A DNA stretch of 63,972 nucleotides, filler included, from Stramenopiles sp. TOSAG23-2 (Eukaryota), in assembly GCA_900128395.1 (NCBI GenBank). It is 3 parts of 3 records of this genome, joined end to end, with 100 filler letters (N's around TTAATTAATTAA, not from the genome) between each part and the next. Parts side by side here need not be neighbours in the genome. Positions count along the whole stretch, not along the records: positions 22,839 to 45,567 come from LT649502.1; positions 45,668 to 63,972 come from LT649608.1; 1 more part is not named here. One strand, given 5' to 3'. A program made the translations under genes and the position numbers. How positions within the stretch are numbered: the stretch's first letter is position 1; the number at the start of each line of letters is the position of its first letter. Below, piece after piece: positions 34,198 to 46,193 of the stretch. Under the pieces are notes generated by a model. That model saw only the letters and a program-made list of their open reading frames with translations, did no database searches and was not told the DNA's origin.

Positions 34198-35313
34198 ATG
34201 GCAGCATTTGAAATTTTTAAAAGTTCGAAATCTAGTTCGAGTCAATACCAATTAAAAAATCCACCACAAGATGGTGTGTCTTCGCTGTGCTTTTCAAGTA
34301 AAGAAAGGAGTGATGCACTTCTTGCAACCAGCTGGGATGGCAGCGTGACACTTTATGACACAAAATTAGATAGTGTGAGGTGGAAACAATCTTTAGAAGA
34401 AGAAGTTCCTGTATTATGTTGTGAATTTGCTGGGAAAGACGATACGGTTGGTTTTAGTGGATCTATTGATGGTAAAGTCCATGTTCATAATTTTGAAATT
34501 TCTGGCTCTAAAGCTAATTCGACTAGGATATTATCAAATGGACATGAAAATGGTGTATCATGTGTTTGTTATAGCGAGGAATTAAATATCGCTTGTACTG
34601 GTGGTTGGGATAAGAAATTATGTACTTGGGATATTAGAAGTAATGAAAGTCGTACGGCAATTGCTGAATTGCCAGGGAAGGCATTTAGCTTATCTATATC
34701 AACATGCAGAGTAGTTGTTGCGTGTGCAGATCGTAATATTTTAATTTATGACTTAAGAAATTTAAGCAAACCGGAGCAAATCAGACAATCCTCATTGCAA
34801 CAGCAAATGCGCACAGTTTGTTGCTCTCCATCAAATTTGGGTGCATATGCTATTGGTACAGTGGATGGTCGTGTAGCAATTGAATATTTTGATGATCAAG
34901 TACATAGTAAAAAGAAATTTGCATTTAAATGCCATCGTCAAAAGGAAGACATGAGTAGCAATAGTAATAGCAATAGTAGTAGTAATGAAGCAATAAAAAA
35001 GAAGGAAAAAACAACTGTTGCATATCCTGTCAATGCAATTGCATTTCATCCAAAATTTGGCACATTTGCCACTGGTGGTGGAGATGGTATGGTTGTAACT
35101 TGGGATGCAATAAATCGAAAACGCATAACAGAATATAGTAAATATCCAACTAGTATAGCTGCACTTTCCTTTAATCATGATGGAACTCGATTAGCAATTG
35201 CAAGTTCATATACATACGAACGTGGAGAATTGAAGGATAAGCCAACAGATAGTATATATGTGCGTGTCATTAAAAATGAAGAAGTACAACCAAAAGTGAA
35301 GAAAATTAATTAA
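34198..35313 (+). CDS. BUB3: Mitotic checkpoint WD40 protein BUB3
   Basis: PPQDGVS, DGRVAIEYF, FAFKCHR, YPVNAIAFHP.FGTFATGG and LAIASSY motifs. Confidence 0.93.
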   Translation: MAAFEIFKSSKSSSSQYQLKNPPQDGVSSLCFSSKERSDALLATSWDGSVTLYDTKLDSVRWKQSLEEEVPVLCCEFAGKDDTVGFSGSIDGKVHVHNFEISGSKANSTRILSNGHENGVSCVCYSEELNIACTGGWDKKLCTWDIRSNESRTAIAELPGKAFSLSISTCRVVVACADRNILIYDLRNLSKPEQIRQSSLQQQMRTVCCSPSNLGAYAIGTVDGRVAIEYFDDQVHSKKKFAFKCHRQKEDMSSNSNSNSSSNEAIKKKEKTTVAYPVNAIAFHPKFGTFATGGGDGMVVTWDAINRKRITEYSKYPTSIAALSFNHDGTRLAIASSYTYERGELKDKPTDSIYVRVIKNEEVQPKVKKIN

Positions 35314-35484
35314 AAAAAAAGTGGTGTCAAAGTTTTACTTTTTTTTTTATACTTGCTTCCTATATTATTTAATATAATTTGTAATGTCAATATAAAAAAA
35401 TAAGAACATTATATATCATATATTTCTTTTTTAATTTATAGCAAAATAGTACTACTATATAATACTGCTGTACCTATACACTAT

Positions 35485-36302
35485 TTATATTCTAAATCTT
35501 CTCTGAACTTTCTGCTTGTATTCTTTTAATTTCTTTGGTTTAGTCGTTAATTTATTCGGTTTAGTCGTTAACTTATTTGGTTTAGTCACTTTTTTGACAA
35601 AATTAAATAGCTTTTTGTTCGAAGAGAAGTATGCAAGTATGTCTCTATATTTTCCAGCTTCATATTTTTGTTCAANNNNNNNNNNNNNNNNNNNNNNNNN
35701 NNNNNNNNNNNNNNNNNNNNNNNNNNNNNNNNNNNNNNNNNNNNNNNNNNNNNNNNNNNNNNNNNNNNNNNNNNNNNNNNNNNNNNNNNNNNNNNNNNNN
35801 NNNNNNNNNNNNNNNNNNNNNNNNNNNNNNNNNNNNNNNNNNNNNATTTCTTTTTTGCTTGTTTAGTCACTTTTTTGACAAAATTAAATAGCTTTTTGTT
35901 CGAAGAGAAGTATGCAAGTATGTCTCTATATTTTCCAGCTTCATATTTTTGTTCAACAGGTGAAAATCTAATGGTACGACACTCTCTTCTGCAAGGATGT
36001 GTAGATGTGTATTTTAAGTTTTGTGCCTCTACCGTTTTCGCACATTTTTTATATTCTTCCAACAATACTGTTTTTGTGCGCTTGTTCCATCCCTGTACAC
36101 CTCCATTTACTTTTATTGTGAAGAATTTGTTCGTCGTTAATACTTGGATTTGACTTGGTAATACGTTATTAGTATTAGTCTCGCTATCTATTTCTTGCAT
36201 AATTCTTGCCAGTTTTGGAACACAATTTTGGCAAGTATTGCAGGCATTGGAAAGTTGGAAACTTCCTACAATAAGACAAATGAAAACGATTAATTTATTC
36301 AT
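35485..36302 (-). CDS. Small secreted Cys-containing hypothetical protein, interrupted by a gap with duplicated flanks
   Basis: Signal peptide then CNTCQNC. Collapsing the duplicated flanks gives the C-terminus VTKPNKLTTKPNKLTTKPKKLKEYKQKVQRRFRI* ending at 35485. Confidence 0.6.
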
Positions 36303-37230
36303 GCTTGATTTAAAATACGCGAATATCTAATCTATACTTCTTGTATTTCTATACAAACTATTTCTTTCCAAATGTAATCTTTGTTGTAGGTTTATATTTT
36401 TATGTATATGTTAATTTTGTGTGAAAGGCCCCTCTATTTTAATTTTTTAGCACAGACTTTCCACTTCATTCATTTTTTGTTGTCGTTGGTATTGCTAGAC
36501 TTACAACAAACAAAATGGAAATAGCATTACAGATTACAGAAGAAACACTTGTAAAAGCTGCAAAGCTGGTATTCTTGTACAGCTAACTCCAGCTACCTAT
36601 AAGTATAGTTTACATCATGCTGCTATTATTGTACTATGGTAGAGCTCTCCCATCTTTTTTTCTTTTTCATGCCATCATCAGCTAGCTACTGTATAATATA
36701 CCTGGTACAGTGATTTATTACTGTAATATCTACAAATACCTATATAGTCTATCATAGTTTATTTACAATAAACAATAAAAACAAGGAGAGAAAATTATGA
36801 ATGGAAAAACTTCGCTTCGCTCAGTTTTTGTTCTTGTACATAAACTGAGCGTGGCCGTAGATAGACTATAGAAGGTATACCAGTATACGCGTATACGCCG
36901 ATACGCCATATCATGGGTTTAGTCCTGGCCGTATAGGAAAAGACCATACAGCATTAATATAATAGCTATATAATAAGATTGCTTGGCTTGCCAGCTTGTG
37001 ATGCTGCTATTGAACCAACCCAGTACTGTAATCCTTCACACTTCTTCTTTATTGTTGTATTATCAACATCATTAAAATGGAGGGGATATATTAAAAATAG
37101 CACAATAGACTATTAATAATATATATATTCCTGTATTCCATATTTACATATTTACTTCTTAAATATCGTCTTTTCAACAACTTAACTTATTTTGCATATA
37201 TATCTAGCCCAAAACTTGTAAAGAATCATC

Positions 37231-38664
37231 ATGAGGCGATTGTTTGTACTTATAATAACGTTGATATGTATGCTGTTGTCTTTACATGTTGATAATAGTG
37301 CATCTATAGACAGTGAAGAGTATAATAGGAAAAAAAATAGTATTTTTAAAAGTCATGATAGTATATCAATAAAAAAAGGTGGGTCTAAATCTAAAGGTGG
37401 AGTTGGACAAACAAAGACTTCGAGTTCTAAGAAAGCTTCAAAAAGTAGTGGATCAGGCAGTCGATCGAAATCTAAAAGCTCCTCTAAAGGCAGTGGCTCC
37501 AAATCTAAAAAAGCTTCGAAAGGCAAGTCCTCCACTAAATCGAAAAAAACTTCTAAAGGCAAGTCAACGAAGGGAGGTTCCAAATCTAAAAAAACTTCTA
37601 AAGGCAAGTCAACGAAGGGAGGATCCAAATCAAAAAAAGGAGCTAAAGGTAGTACAAAATCAAAAAAAGGAGCTAAAAGTAGTGGGTCGGGAAAGGGTGG
37701 ATCTAAATCTAAAAGCTCTTCTAAAGGTAGTGATAGTAGTACTGGTGGTTTAAGTACTAATCACAACTCTTTAAGTGATATGGCCAAAATCAGAGCTGAA
37801 CTTGGTATAGTAAAACAAGAAGAAGGAGTCACTAATCATGATCATCGTGAAAAAATGAAGGAGGTAGAATATGAAAAATTTGAATTTGGAGCGTCTATCA
37901 TAGAACCATATCGAGCTAATGAGTATACTTCCTCTGGTGGAGTTTTTTCTGATTCTCAAGCTTTAAAACATTGTCATCAACGAAAAATTAGTACCGGTCA
38001 ATGCGTCCCACCATGCTATGATCAAGTTCCTGGTGATCCAACCGGTCGTTGTTTTGTATATTCTAAAGATAGAGAATGTTTATGTATTGATCCATGTACC
38101 TTGTATTCTGGTAAAGAGCTGGATCCAGTAACTGGTTCAACGCTTAAGGGTAGTGGTGATCCATGTGAACGCTGCGTACGACATAAAAGTTGGCGGTTTT
38201 TCCTTGAAATCGGGGCGGCACCTAAACAACCTTCCCGTATCAATCCTAGGTCAAAACCAAATTGGGTCTATGATTATGATTCAGACGAAAAAAGAAGAAA
38301 AAAAAAATTAGGACCATCTGGAAAAGAGATATTTGATGTAAGTTGTGGTATGTGCGACTCTGAATGTGTCGCTGGTACCAAAATTGGTCCAAAAATAGAG
38401 GGAGATGAATGTCCTGGTGTTTGGAATTGGAAAATAGATCAATGCCGACGAATGGAATTGACATCCGAAGAAAGTGTTGCTCAAGAAGAAGGTGCTTTAG
38501 CAGGTGCTGCTGCTGGTGATAAAAAAGAAGGTGAAGGATTCGAATTTGAAACGTATAGACAAGATAAACCAAATTTTTCTTTAGATGATAAAGCTAAAGA
38601 TGATAAGGCTAAAGGTGAAGCAGGTAAAGAGGAGAAAAAACCGAAGGTGGAATCTAAAGTGTAA
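37231..38664 (+). CDS. Secreted protein with a Lys/Ser/Gly-rich repeat region and a Cys-rich domain
   Basis: 477-aa ORF; signal peptide; SKSKKTSKGKSTKGG-type repeats; about 14 Cys in the C-terminal half. Confidence 0.75.
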   Translation: MRRLFVLIITLICMLLSLHVDNSASIDSEEYNRKKNSIFKSHDSISIKKGGSKSKGGVGQTKTSSSKKASKSSGSGSRSKSKSSSKGSGSKSKKASKGKSSTKSKKTSKGKSTKGGSKSKKTSKGKSTKGGSKSKKGAKGSTKSKKGAKSSGSGKGGSKSKSSSKGSDSSTGGLSTNHNSLSDMAKIRAELGIVKQEEGVTNHDHREKMKEVEYEKFEFGASIIEPYRANEYTSSGGVFSDSQALKHCHQRKISTGQCVPPCYDQVPGDPTGRCFVYSKDRECLCIDPCTLYSGKELDPVTGSTLKGSGDPCERCVRHKSWRFFLEIGAAPKQPSRINPRSKPNWVYDYDSDEKRRKKKLGPSGKEIFDVSCGMCDSECVAGTKIGPKIEGDECPGVWNWKIDQCRRMELTSEESVAQEEGALAGAAAGDKKEGEGFEFETYRQDKPNFSLDDKAKDDKAKGEAGKEEKKPKVESKV

Positions 38665-38742
38665 AATGGTTTTTTGTATATATATATTTGTTAATATTTA
38701 CCTATCTCCAATTCAGAAAATAGCTCATAGCTACAAATTTAG

Positions 38743-40602
38743 TTGACTTTCTTAAAAGAAGTTACAATGAATCAAAAATACCGAGACATTATAAGTTCTG
38801 AAGAAGAACTGACTACAGAGTTAGCACAAGAATTAGTCCAAAGTACTAAGACAACTGCTGATTTTCTAAAGAATCCAAAAAATAGAGATGAAATGAACGA
38901 ACCAATAGAAGAGTTTGAAACACTTTTACAAGATCACATGTTGCTCTTGCGTGATTTGGTCAGAAGATGCGTCGCTCATAAAGCCACTTTGGAAAAGAAC
39001 CGGTCTTTTATCAAAAGTGGCTTTGATGTAATATTTGAAGAGCTTTTAAAGATACCTCTAGAAGATGAATTATTGTCAGATTACAAATTTTTTGATACTA
39101 ACTTTGATAGTAATAATAAAAACAATCTTTTGGGTGCTACGTCGATATTATCACTTTTACCATGTAAAAAAAGTGAAATTAAAGCGACTAGTGCAACTAT
39201 AAATGACTTTTTACCCTTTTGGAACATTTGCTTCCGTGGTAAATGGGGAAAATTTGAAGAATATTTAAAAGGCGATCTTTTGTACATAGATTTGGAGGTG
39301 GATAACAGCGATGAATATGCTCTTAATAATAATAATAATAATAATAGATTCCAGGACACAAAAAGATATTGGTTTGTTGCGAAAAAGAATCTTCCACGCA
39401 ATTCGCATAAAGAACCACATCCGACGAAGTTAGAACATACACAATGGAATCGAATGTCAGACGAAGATCTTCAAAAAGATGAAAATTTGTTCAACTTAGA
39501 TTATGATCTAGCCATGAAGCTTTGTCGATACTTCTCATTGACATTTACTGAATTTTCCAATTTTGCAGATGAAGTATGTAAATACATAGTACTAAAAGAT
39601 GTTTCCGATTTTGAGAATCATTACGAAAATATGGAAATACTCCATGGTTCTATATTTGCTACGTTTTTAATGACTTCTGCCTTATTGACATTTTGTAAAG
39701 AAGATATTGAAAGAACGCCCGTTGCAAAATTGTATTTACATAACGCCATGCGATGGATTAAACAAACATGTACGTCATTTGAAAGCTTTCATGCACCACT
39801 GGTGAAGATAGTTCAACGATTAACGACGTTTTGGCCAGTACCAATGGCTGATCAAAAACGAATTGAAATTGTTTTTTTGCATGGGGAAGGTGAAGCCAGG
39901 GGATATTTCACACGCGTAACTCAATATAAAAAGAGAAGTGGTACTACATCGATATCAATGTCACATCCAATACAATCTATTTTAATGTATGCAAATTGCA
40001 TATATGATTTTAAGTACAATTTGTTTGATTTTAATTCACAATTTACAATATGCTTTTTTGATCAACATGATGATCCATTGGTAATCGATACGATAAGTAC
40101 AAGTACAAATATGACGTTATCCAAAGCGATTAGGAAACTTGAAGTAAAGTCTGAAATCACAATAGTAGCTAAATGCATAGATCCCAGCGTAAAATTAAGG
40201 CCATGCCTACCAATACAATGTTCTATTGAAAATAAACGAATTGAAGGTATGGTAATTATGATCCCTACTGGTGCAAGTCTACACCAGGCTAGGCAATTAA
40301 TTATTGATTATGCGTTTTCATTTCAATCTACAACCGTTGAAATTTACAATCAAGGTAACATTTTGGAAGTTAAGACTGCATTGAAAGAGTTGTTAGTATG
40401 TGGTGAATGGGAATATATACACAATGGCGATAAAATTGATGAAGAAGATGAAAAGACAACAAGCGCAATTGAATATGCTGTTTCACAAGGAAGTTTAGAG
40501 ATGGTTGATGGTGAACAATCTACTAATTTAGTTTTTGCTTTTGCACCTATTGATACAGCTTTTTTCTCTGAAACTTTTATTAATGTTGTTCAAACGTTGT
40601 AA
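38743..40602 (+). CDS. Hypothetical protein (start uncertain; first ATG at 38767)
   Basis: 619-codon open frame; no motif recognised. Confidence 0.65.
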   Translation: MTFLKEVTMNQKYRDIISSEEELTTELAQELVQSTKTTADFLKNPKNRDEMNEPIEEFETLLQDHMLLLRDLVRRCVAHKATLEKNRSFIKSGFDVIFEELLKIPLEDELLSDYKFFDTNFDSNNKNNLLGATSILSLLPCKKSEIKATSATINDFLPFWNICFRGKWGKFEEYLKGDLLYIDLEVDNSDEYALNNNNNNNRFQDTKRYWFVAKKNLPRNSHKEPHPTKLEHTQWNRMSDEDLQKDENLFNLDYDLAMKLCRYFSLTFTEFSNFADEVCKYIVLKDVSDFENHYENMEILHGSIFATFLMTSALLTFCKEDIERTPVAKLYLHNAMRWIKQTCTSFESFHAPLVKIVQRLTTFWPVPMADQKRIEIVFLHGEGEARGYFTRVTQYKKRSGTTSISMSHPIQSILMYANCIYDFKYNLFDFNSQFTICFFDQHDDPLVIDTISTSTNMTLSKAIRKLEVKSEITIVAKCIDPSVKLRPCLPIQCSIENKRIEGMVIMIPTGASLHQARQLIIDYAFSFQSTTVEIYNQGNILEVKTALKELLVCGEWEYIHNGDKIDEEDEKTTSAIEYAVSQGSLEMVDGEQSTNLVFAFAPIDTAFFSETFINVVQTL

Positions 40603-41210
40603 AACATCATGACAATTGTGTGTGCGTGTGTGTGGTAAAAAGTAACACATTAGCCAGAGAGGAGAAAAAAAAAGATTTTGTTGTTCAAATCTACAATATA
40701 TATATATATATCTGATATAGTTCAAACGTTGTAAAACATCATGACAATTGTGTGTGCGTGTGTGTGGTAAAAAGTAACACATTAGCCAGAGAGGAGAAAA
40801 AAAAAGATTTTGTTGTTCAAATCTACAATATATATATATATATCTGATATATATATAAATACATTCTTTCTGGAGAGTAGGAATTATCATGAGTAAAAAT
40901 TAAAAAATAAGTTTTACTGCATTAATTTGATGGTTAAAATCTAAGTTATACTAATTTTAGTTCCCGTGGTAAATACTACGCTCAATACTCAATCATTAAT
41001 TATAATACTACGAAGAAATTTACGTATAATACGAGTATTATTCAAATTATTCAAAATATACGAAGTACTAACGAGAAAAATACGAAAGTACGGAGGTCGG
41101 TAATATTATATTACTTCGTATAATTAAATTCGTAAAAATATTACGAATTCGTAAAATTTTTAATTTAATGCAACTGTGCAACTGCCTGTCCCATACTGTC
41201 CCTTTTTTTT

Positions 41211-42831
41211 TTACAATTGTACATATGTACCATTATCTTTTATTTTTTTATTCGGTTTTCGACTCTTTCCAGAAGAATCATTTCTACGATCAGATAATTC
41301 TATGGTACGGTGCTGATTTCTATTACTAGTTTTATTACTATTGTGAATATTTGATAAATCATTATCCATAAAACTTCCATCAAAACTATCATCAAGATCC
41401 ATATCACCATCAATAGAGCTATTCCTTAAAACATGTAAGCTTTCTTTCATGAAAAAATTATTGAAATATTCAATCGTCAATCTATTAGCAATTATTGCAT
41501 GTAAACCAACAATTCCACCATATTCCGGTGCATAGTTATTCCAAAAAATTATTGAAATATTCAATCGTCAATCTATTAGCAATTATTGCATGTAAACCAA
41601 CAATTCCACCATCTTCCGGTGCATATTTATTCCAAACATTGGAATCAACATAACCATATGTATTGCCACAAAATAACGATGCAGCATATTTCATATGTTC
41701 AAGATTATCAAGATCAAACACTTCAGAAAATTTTGGGATTCTATCATCATCTTCCTCTTCTTGCATCCTTCCTTTAATACCATTTGTTACAAATGAGTTT
41801 GAATTTCGTTCCCTTTGTTTTCTTTGATTTAATATACGTTTCCTTATTTTTGCCATTTCCTCTGCATGTCGTTTCTCTGCAACAATTTCCATTAAACCTG
41901 ATCCTAAAACACCAGCAGGCAAAGCAAATAAACATACGCCAAGAAACGCAACAAATACGCCAATAACCCGTCCACCACTAGATTTTGGGTAAATATCACC
42001 ATAACCAACTGTTGTTAATGTTTGTGTTGCCCACCATATACCCTCAGGTATTGTGTTGAATGTTTCAGGTTCAACATAATAAATTAATGTTGATGCTAAA
42101 ATCAATAATATGGAGGCAACAAATACAGTGATCAATAACTCTGGAATTTTTCGCTTCAAGACAGTAAATAAACGTTTTAAACCTTTTGATTGTCTTTCAA
42201 TTCTCAATATTGTTAACATTCTTAAAAGTCTTAAAAATGATATAGAACGCCCATATTCCATAGCAGGATTTTTTACTTTTGGATCGAATACTGTAAAACT
42301 AGAAATAGCATCAAGCATAAAAGCTATTAAGACTATTAGATCTAAAATTGATAATGGCCGTGTTATCCAAACAATGCGACCAGAGCATGCGCCAGGATAT
42401 TTTGCATCTTCGACACAGCTCCAACAACGCAATCCATATTCCAAACCAAATATTAAAAATGATACAATAATTATAAAGGAATATGCATTATTAAAATCTT
42501 CCGTACCTGCTAAATTTGGATCTGTTTTTATAACAGCTAAACATACGTTTATACCAATTAATAAGACTATAATAAACTCAAATATTTTCGATGGCCAATA
42601 CGTTGTCCTATTACCATATCTACTAGCATTTAATGAAAAGATTCCCCATATAAATTTTCGATAAGAATTTTCTTTTGGTGTACCAAGTGCTCTGTCGAAT
42701 TGTTTCAAATATTTTGTTATTTTCGTTCCACGTGGGTGACGACGTGTTGACCTTGCCTCATCTTGTAACAGTTCATTTGGATCAATCGTATTCACATCAC
42801 TGAAAAATGTATCTGCAGACGTTTGTCGCAT
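41211..42831 (-). CDS. Voltage-gated potassium channel (6TM); apparent frameshift from a local duplication near 41450-41625
   Basis: S4 FLRLLRMLTILRIER; pore WWATQTLTTVGYGDIYP; S6 LFALPAGVLGSG. Confidence 0.92.
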
Positions 42832-42832
42832 T

Positions 42833-43837
42833 TTGAATATGTATGCAAATCAATGTCCAGCGGGAATGTGCAAAGGTGATAATGATTGTGCTAGTTCTTA
42901 TTGCATGAATGGTGCGGGCAAAACTCCAAATCCACAAGGATGCTTTTATTGCCATGTTAACATACCAACGAAAAAAATTGCAGATGGTGTTGAAATGCCA
43001 ATGGCTGGTTTAGGAACCTGGACATACAACAATTCAATGGCATATGATGCTGTATCAAAAGCATTGAACCTTGGATATACACATATTGATTGTGCATTAG
43101 GTTATCAAAATCAAGAAAGTGTTGGCAAAGCCTTGAAAGATTCAAAACGTGAACGTAGCACGTATTTTATTACCTCAAAGATTCCTGGCGGGTTAAATTT
43201 CAGCGCCGCAACCGCTTCGATGGAATTAAGTCTACAGCAACTTGGTTTGGATTATGTTGATTTGATGCTTGTTCATTTTCCAGCTGCATGGTCAGGACAA
43301 GGTGGTAAAATGTTACGTCTAGAAGAATGGAGAGCAATGGAAGCATTTCAAAAAAGTGGTAAAGCAAAGGCTATTGGAGTATCCCATTATTGCAGACGTC
43401 ATTTGGAAGATATCTTATCGATCAACACCGTACCAATTGCTGTAAATCAAGTGCAATATCATATTGGCATGGGAACGGAAGGTCCAAATGCAACGGATGA
43501 TAAACAATTTTGCGATGAACATGGCATTACATATGAATCTTTCTCTCCGCTGTGTGGACCGTGTGGTAAAGATGCACATATGGAATTAATTACGGGGAAA
43601 ATGGTTACTGATATTGGTAAAAAATATGGTAAATCAGGTGCGCAAGTTAGTTTAAAATGGCAAGTCCAACAGGGAATCCCTGTCATTCCAAGGTCAGATT
43701 CGGTTGATCATTTATTGGAAAATATTGATTTATTTAATTGGAAATTATCTGAAGAAGATATGAATACATTGACACAAAGTAAATCACCGCCAGTAGCAGG
43801 TGATGGGCCAAATTCGGGAGATTGTTCCGTGCTTTAA
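42833..43837 (+). CDS. Aldo-keto reductase with a Cys-rich N-terminal segment (5' end probably incomplete)
   Basis: MPMAGLGTW, HIDCALGY, FITSK, LDYVDLMLVHFP, AIGVSH and QVSLKW...IPRS motifs. Confidence 0.9.
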   Translation: MNMYANQCPAGMCKGDNDCASSYCMNGAGKTPNPQGCFYCHVNIPTKKIADGVEMPMAGLGTWTYNNSMAYDAVSKALNLGYTHIDCALGYQNQESVGKALKDSKRERSTYFITSKIPGGLNFSAATASMELSLQQLGLDYVDLMLVHFPAAWSGQGGKMLRLEEWRAMEAFQKSGKAKAIGVSHYCRRHLEDILSINTVPIAVNQVQYHIGMGTEGPNATDDKQFCDEHGITYESFSPLCGPCGKDAHMELITGKMVTDIGKKYGKSGAQVSLKWQVQQGIPVIPRSDSVDHLLENIDLFNWKLSEEDMNTLTQSKSPPVAGDGPNSGDCSVL

Positions 43838-44036
43838 AATGGAGCGCGTGTATCAATAAATGTTTGTGATGTGTACATGTATATAGCTCTAATGGAGGTA
43901 AAGATACGAGAGAAGCTGCGCATAGTGTCTCCGTATAAAATATATATTATGTGTACATACATTTATGTGTTAATATATATTATTAGTTATGGCACAAAAA
44001 AATATTACCCCCTCATTATACGACCACGTATTTTTA

Positions 44037-45318
44037 TCATATTCGTAACACATCATTCTTAAAATCACTCAAACGATACTTGGTATTTTTAACTTCATCA
44101 TCACAATGATATGTAAATCCAGGTGCTTTTTTTATATTATCATTATCATCATTCGAAACTCGTTGAAAAGCAAAACATATAAGTGCTCTAGGTTTCTTAC
44201 TAGTATTTGCACCACCACAATGTATAGCCCTTGCATCCATTGTATAAATATCACCAATATTTGATAATACAGCTGCATCATACAATTCTTCTTCAGTGAA
44301 TGTTTTTTTCTCCACAGATTTATCTTCAATGTTACTTATTTTTTCAATAGTACCATCAACAGAATATGATTCCATCTCAATTTTGATTGATGAATGGTAT
44401 TCAAATGTATGTGTTTTTGGAAGAATTATTGTAGGACCCCTGATATATATATATATATATATGCGTGTGTGTATAAAATTTAAAACAGTTCTTTGTTAGA
44501 TAATAATTCAGTAGTTACAGAATAATATAGAGAAGAGCCACACACTTACATATCTCGATCAACATCTTGAATTGCAACAAATGTACTAGATAACCCAGGT
44601 AAATTATAGTTATCATGTTGAGATTCTAACGCTTGATATGATATATCCGAATGCAAAGCTTGTGATGGTGCGCCAGGAAACGTTAACAATAAACTAAATT
44701 CAACTAGTATTGATGATGGGCCATATAACGTTTCATAAAATTGTTGACGCCTTTCGTTTCCATATAATACATGATGTAATAATTCCTTTAATTTATCATT
44801 CATTTTTAATTTTATCGAATGTCTATTTTTTGGTGTATTTACAATATCAAATATTCGTGTTAATTTATATTTCCATGTTTTCGATTGTTCTTCATAATCT
44901 TTCATACAAGAATCTAAAATAGTTTGACATAAGGTTGGATCAATACTTGCATTTGAATTTGTCTTCTTGTTATCATGATCTTTATCAAATATAACAAATC
45001 CATTATCTAAGATTGAACGAATATCTGGATTTGCCTCAATGTTAATAATATTATTATTCGAAGAAAAGTTACGTTGTGATTGAATGATATTATTTATATT
45101 TTTATTATTTACATTTTGAATTACTTTATAATTATTTTTATTACATATCAATTGGGAAAAAAAATGTTTTTGACGACGGTAGCATGATGTTATGATACGA
45201 TGGTATTATTATTTACATTTTGAATTACTTTATAATTATTTTTATTACATATCAATTGGGGAAAAAAATGTTTTTGACGACGGTAGCATGATGTTATGAT
45301 ACGATGGTAGATATTCAT
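44037..45318 (-). CDS. PhyH-like 2OG-Fe(II) dioxygenase; intron 44549-44440; probable ATG at 45318 obscured by a ~105-bp duplication
   Basis: PGAPSQALHSD motif. Splicing GTAAGT...CTAAC...CAG gives AIQDVDRDMGPTIILPKTH; later HCGGAN...R. Confidence 0.8.
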
Positions 45319-46193
45319 TATATATAATTCATATTATTATTCTTTTATCATGCTCTTGTTTATTATAATTATCAATCCTAAGAAAATTTCTTTCAAAATA
45401 AGATTATTGGTATAGTCGTCTATTATTATGATGTCGTCTATTATTTATTATTTTTGTCTTTTCTCTTCGTTGTTTGTTGGTGAAAATGAATCCCAATATA
45501 TAATGTTACAACAACTAAAAACAAAAATATTGAAGTAATATACAGATCTAGAATATATATATATATANNNNNNNNNNNNNNNNNNNNNNNNNNNNNNNNN
45601 NNNNNNNNNNNTTAATTAATTAANNNNNNNNNNNNNNNNNNNNNNNNNNNNNNNNNNNNNNNNNNNNCGTTTTTGCAATTTGAGTGAAAAGAAGCACTTC
45701 ATTTATTTTTTTAAAATTTTGGCACCTTAATCCACATAATTATGTGGATTTCACGCTTAGAGGATAAAAAATAGCAACAATGATGTGCCAATAACAAAAG
45801 TTGCATGAATGAGATGTTGGGCCTGTGGTTATGTATATATGAAAGTACACAGTACAGAATAATTACCTACATAGATAGTACTGTAATGCTATTCCTATAT
45901 AATAATATTATTATTTCTACATACTCATACGAATGAAGTACCAGGTACAGTAGTACAGTACTGTAGGATGTAGGATGATGATGATTATATTTTTTTTTTT
46001 TTTCAATGGCCATCTATTCTCTATTCTCTATACATTTTGATGAGAAAGATGAATACAATTCTATTGACGACAATACAAGAGTTACATTGATTGTTATACA
46101 TATCATTATCATCCATAACTCTTGTTTCGGTTTTTTTTGTTCTATAACTATAACATTTATATTAGATACAATATTAGAATATTAGGTAACATA

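Noticed and set aside
40588-40850. Near-exact tandem duplications of 90-130 bp (also 35580-35674/35861-35955, about 41450-41625, about 45100-45310, and 46587-46784 in SF1)
   Set aside because: Read-length sized and nearly identical; some break reading frames or flank gaps. Typical of uncollapsed overlaps in assembly.
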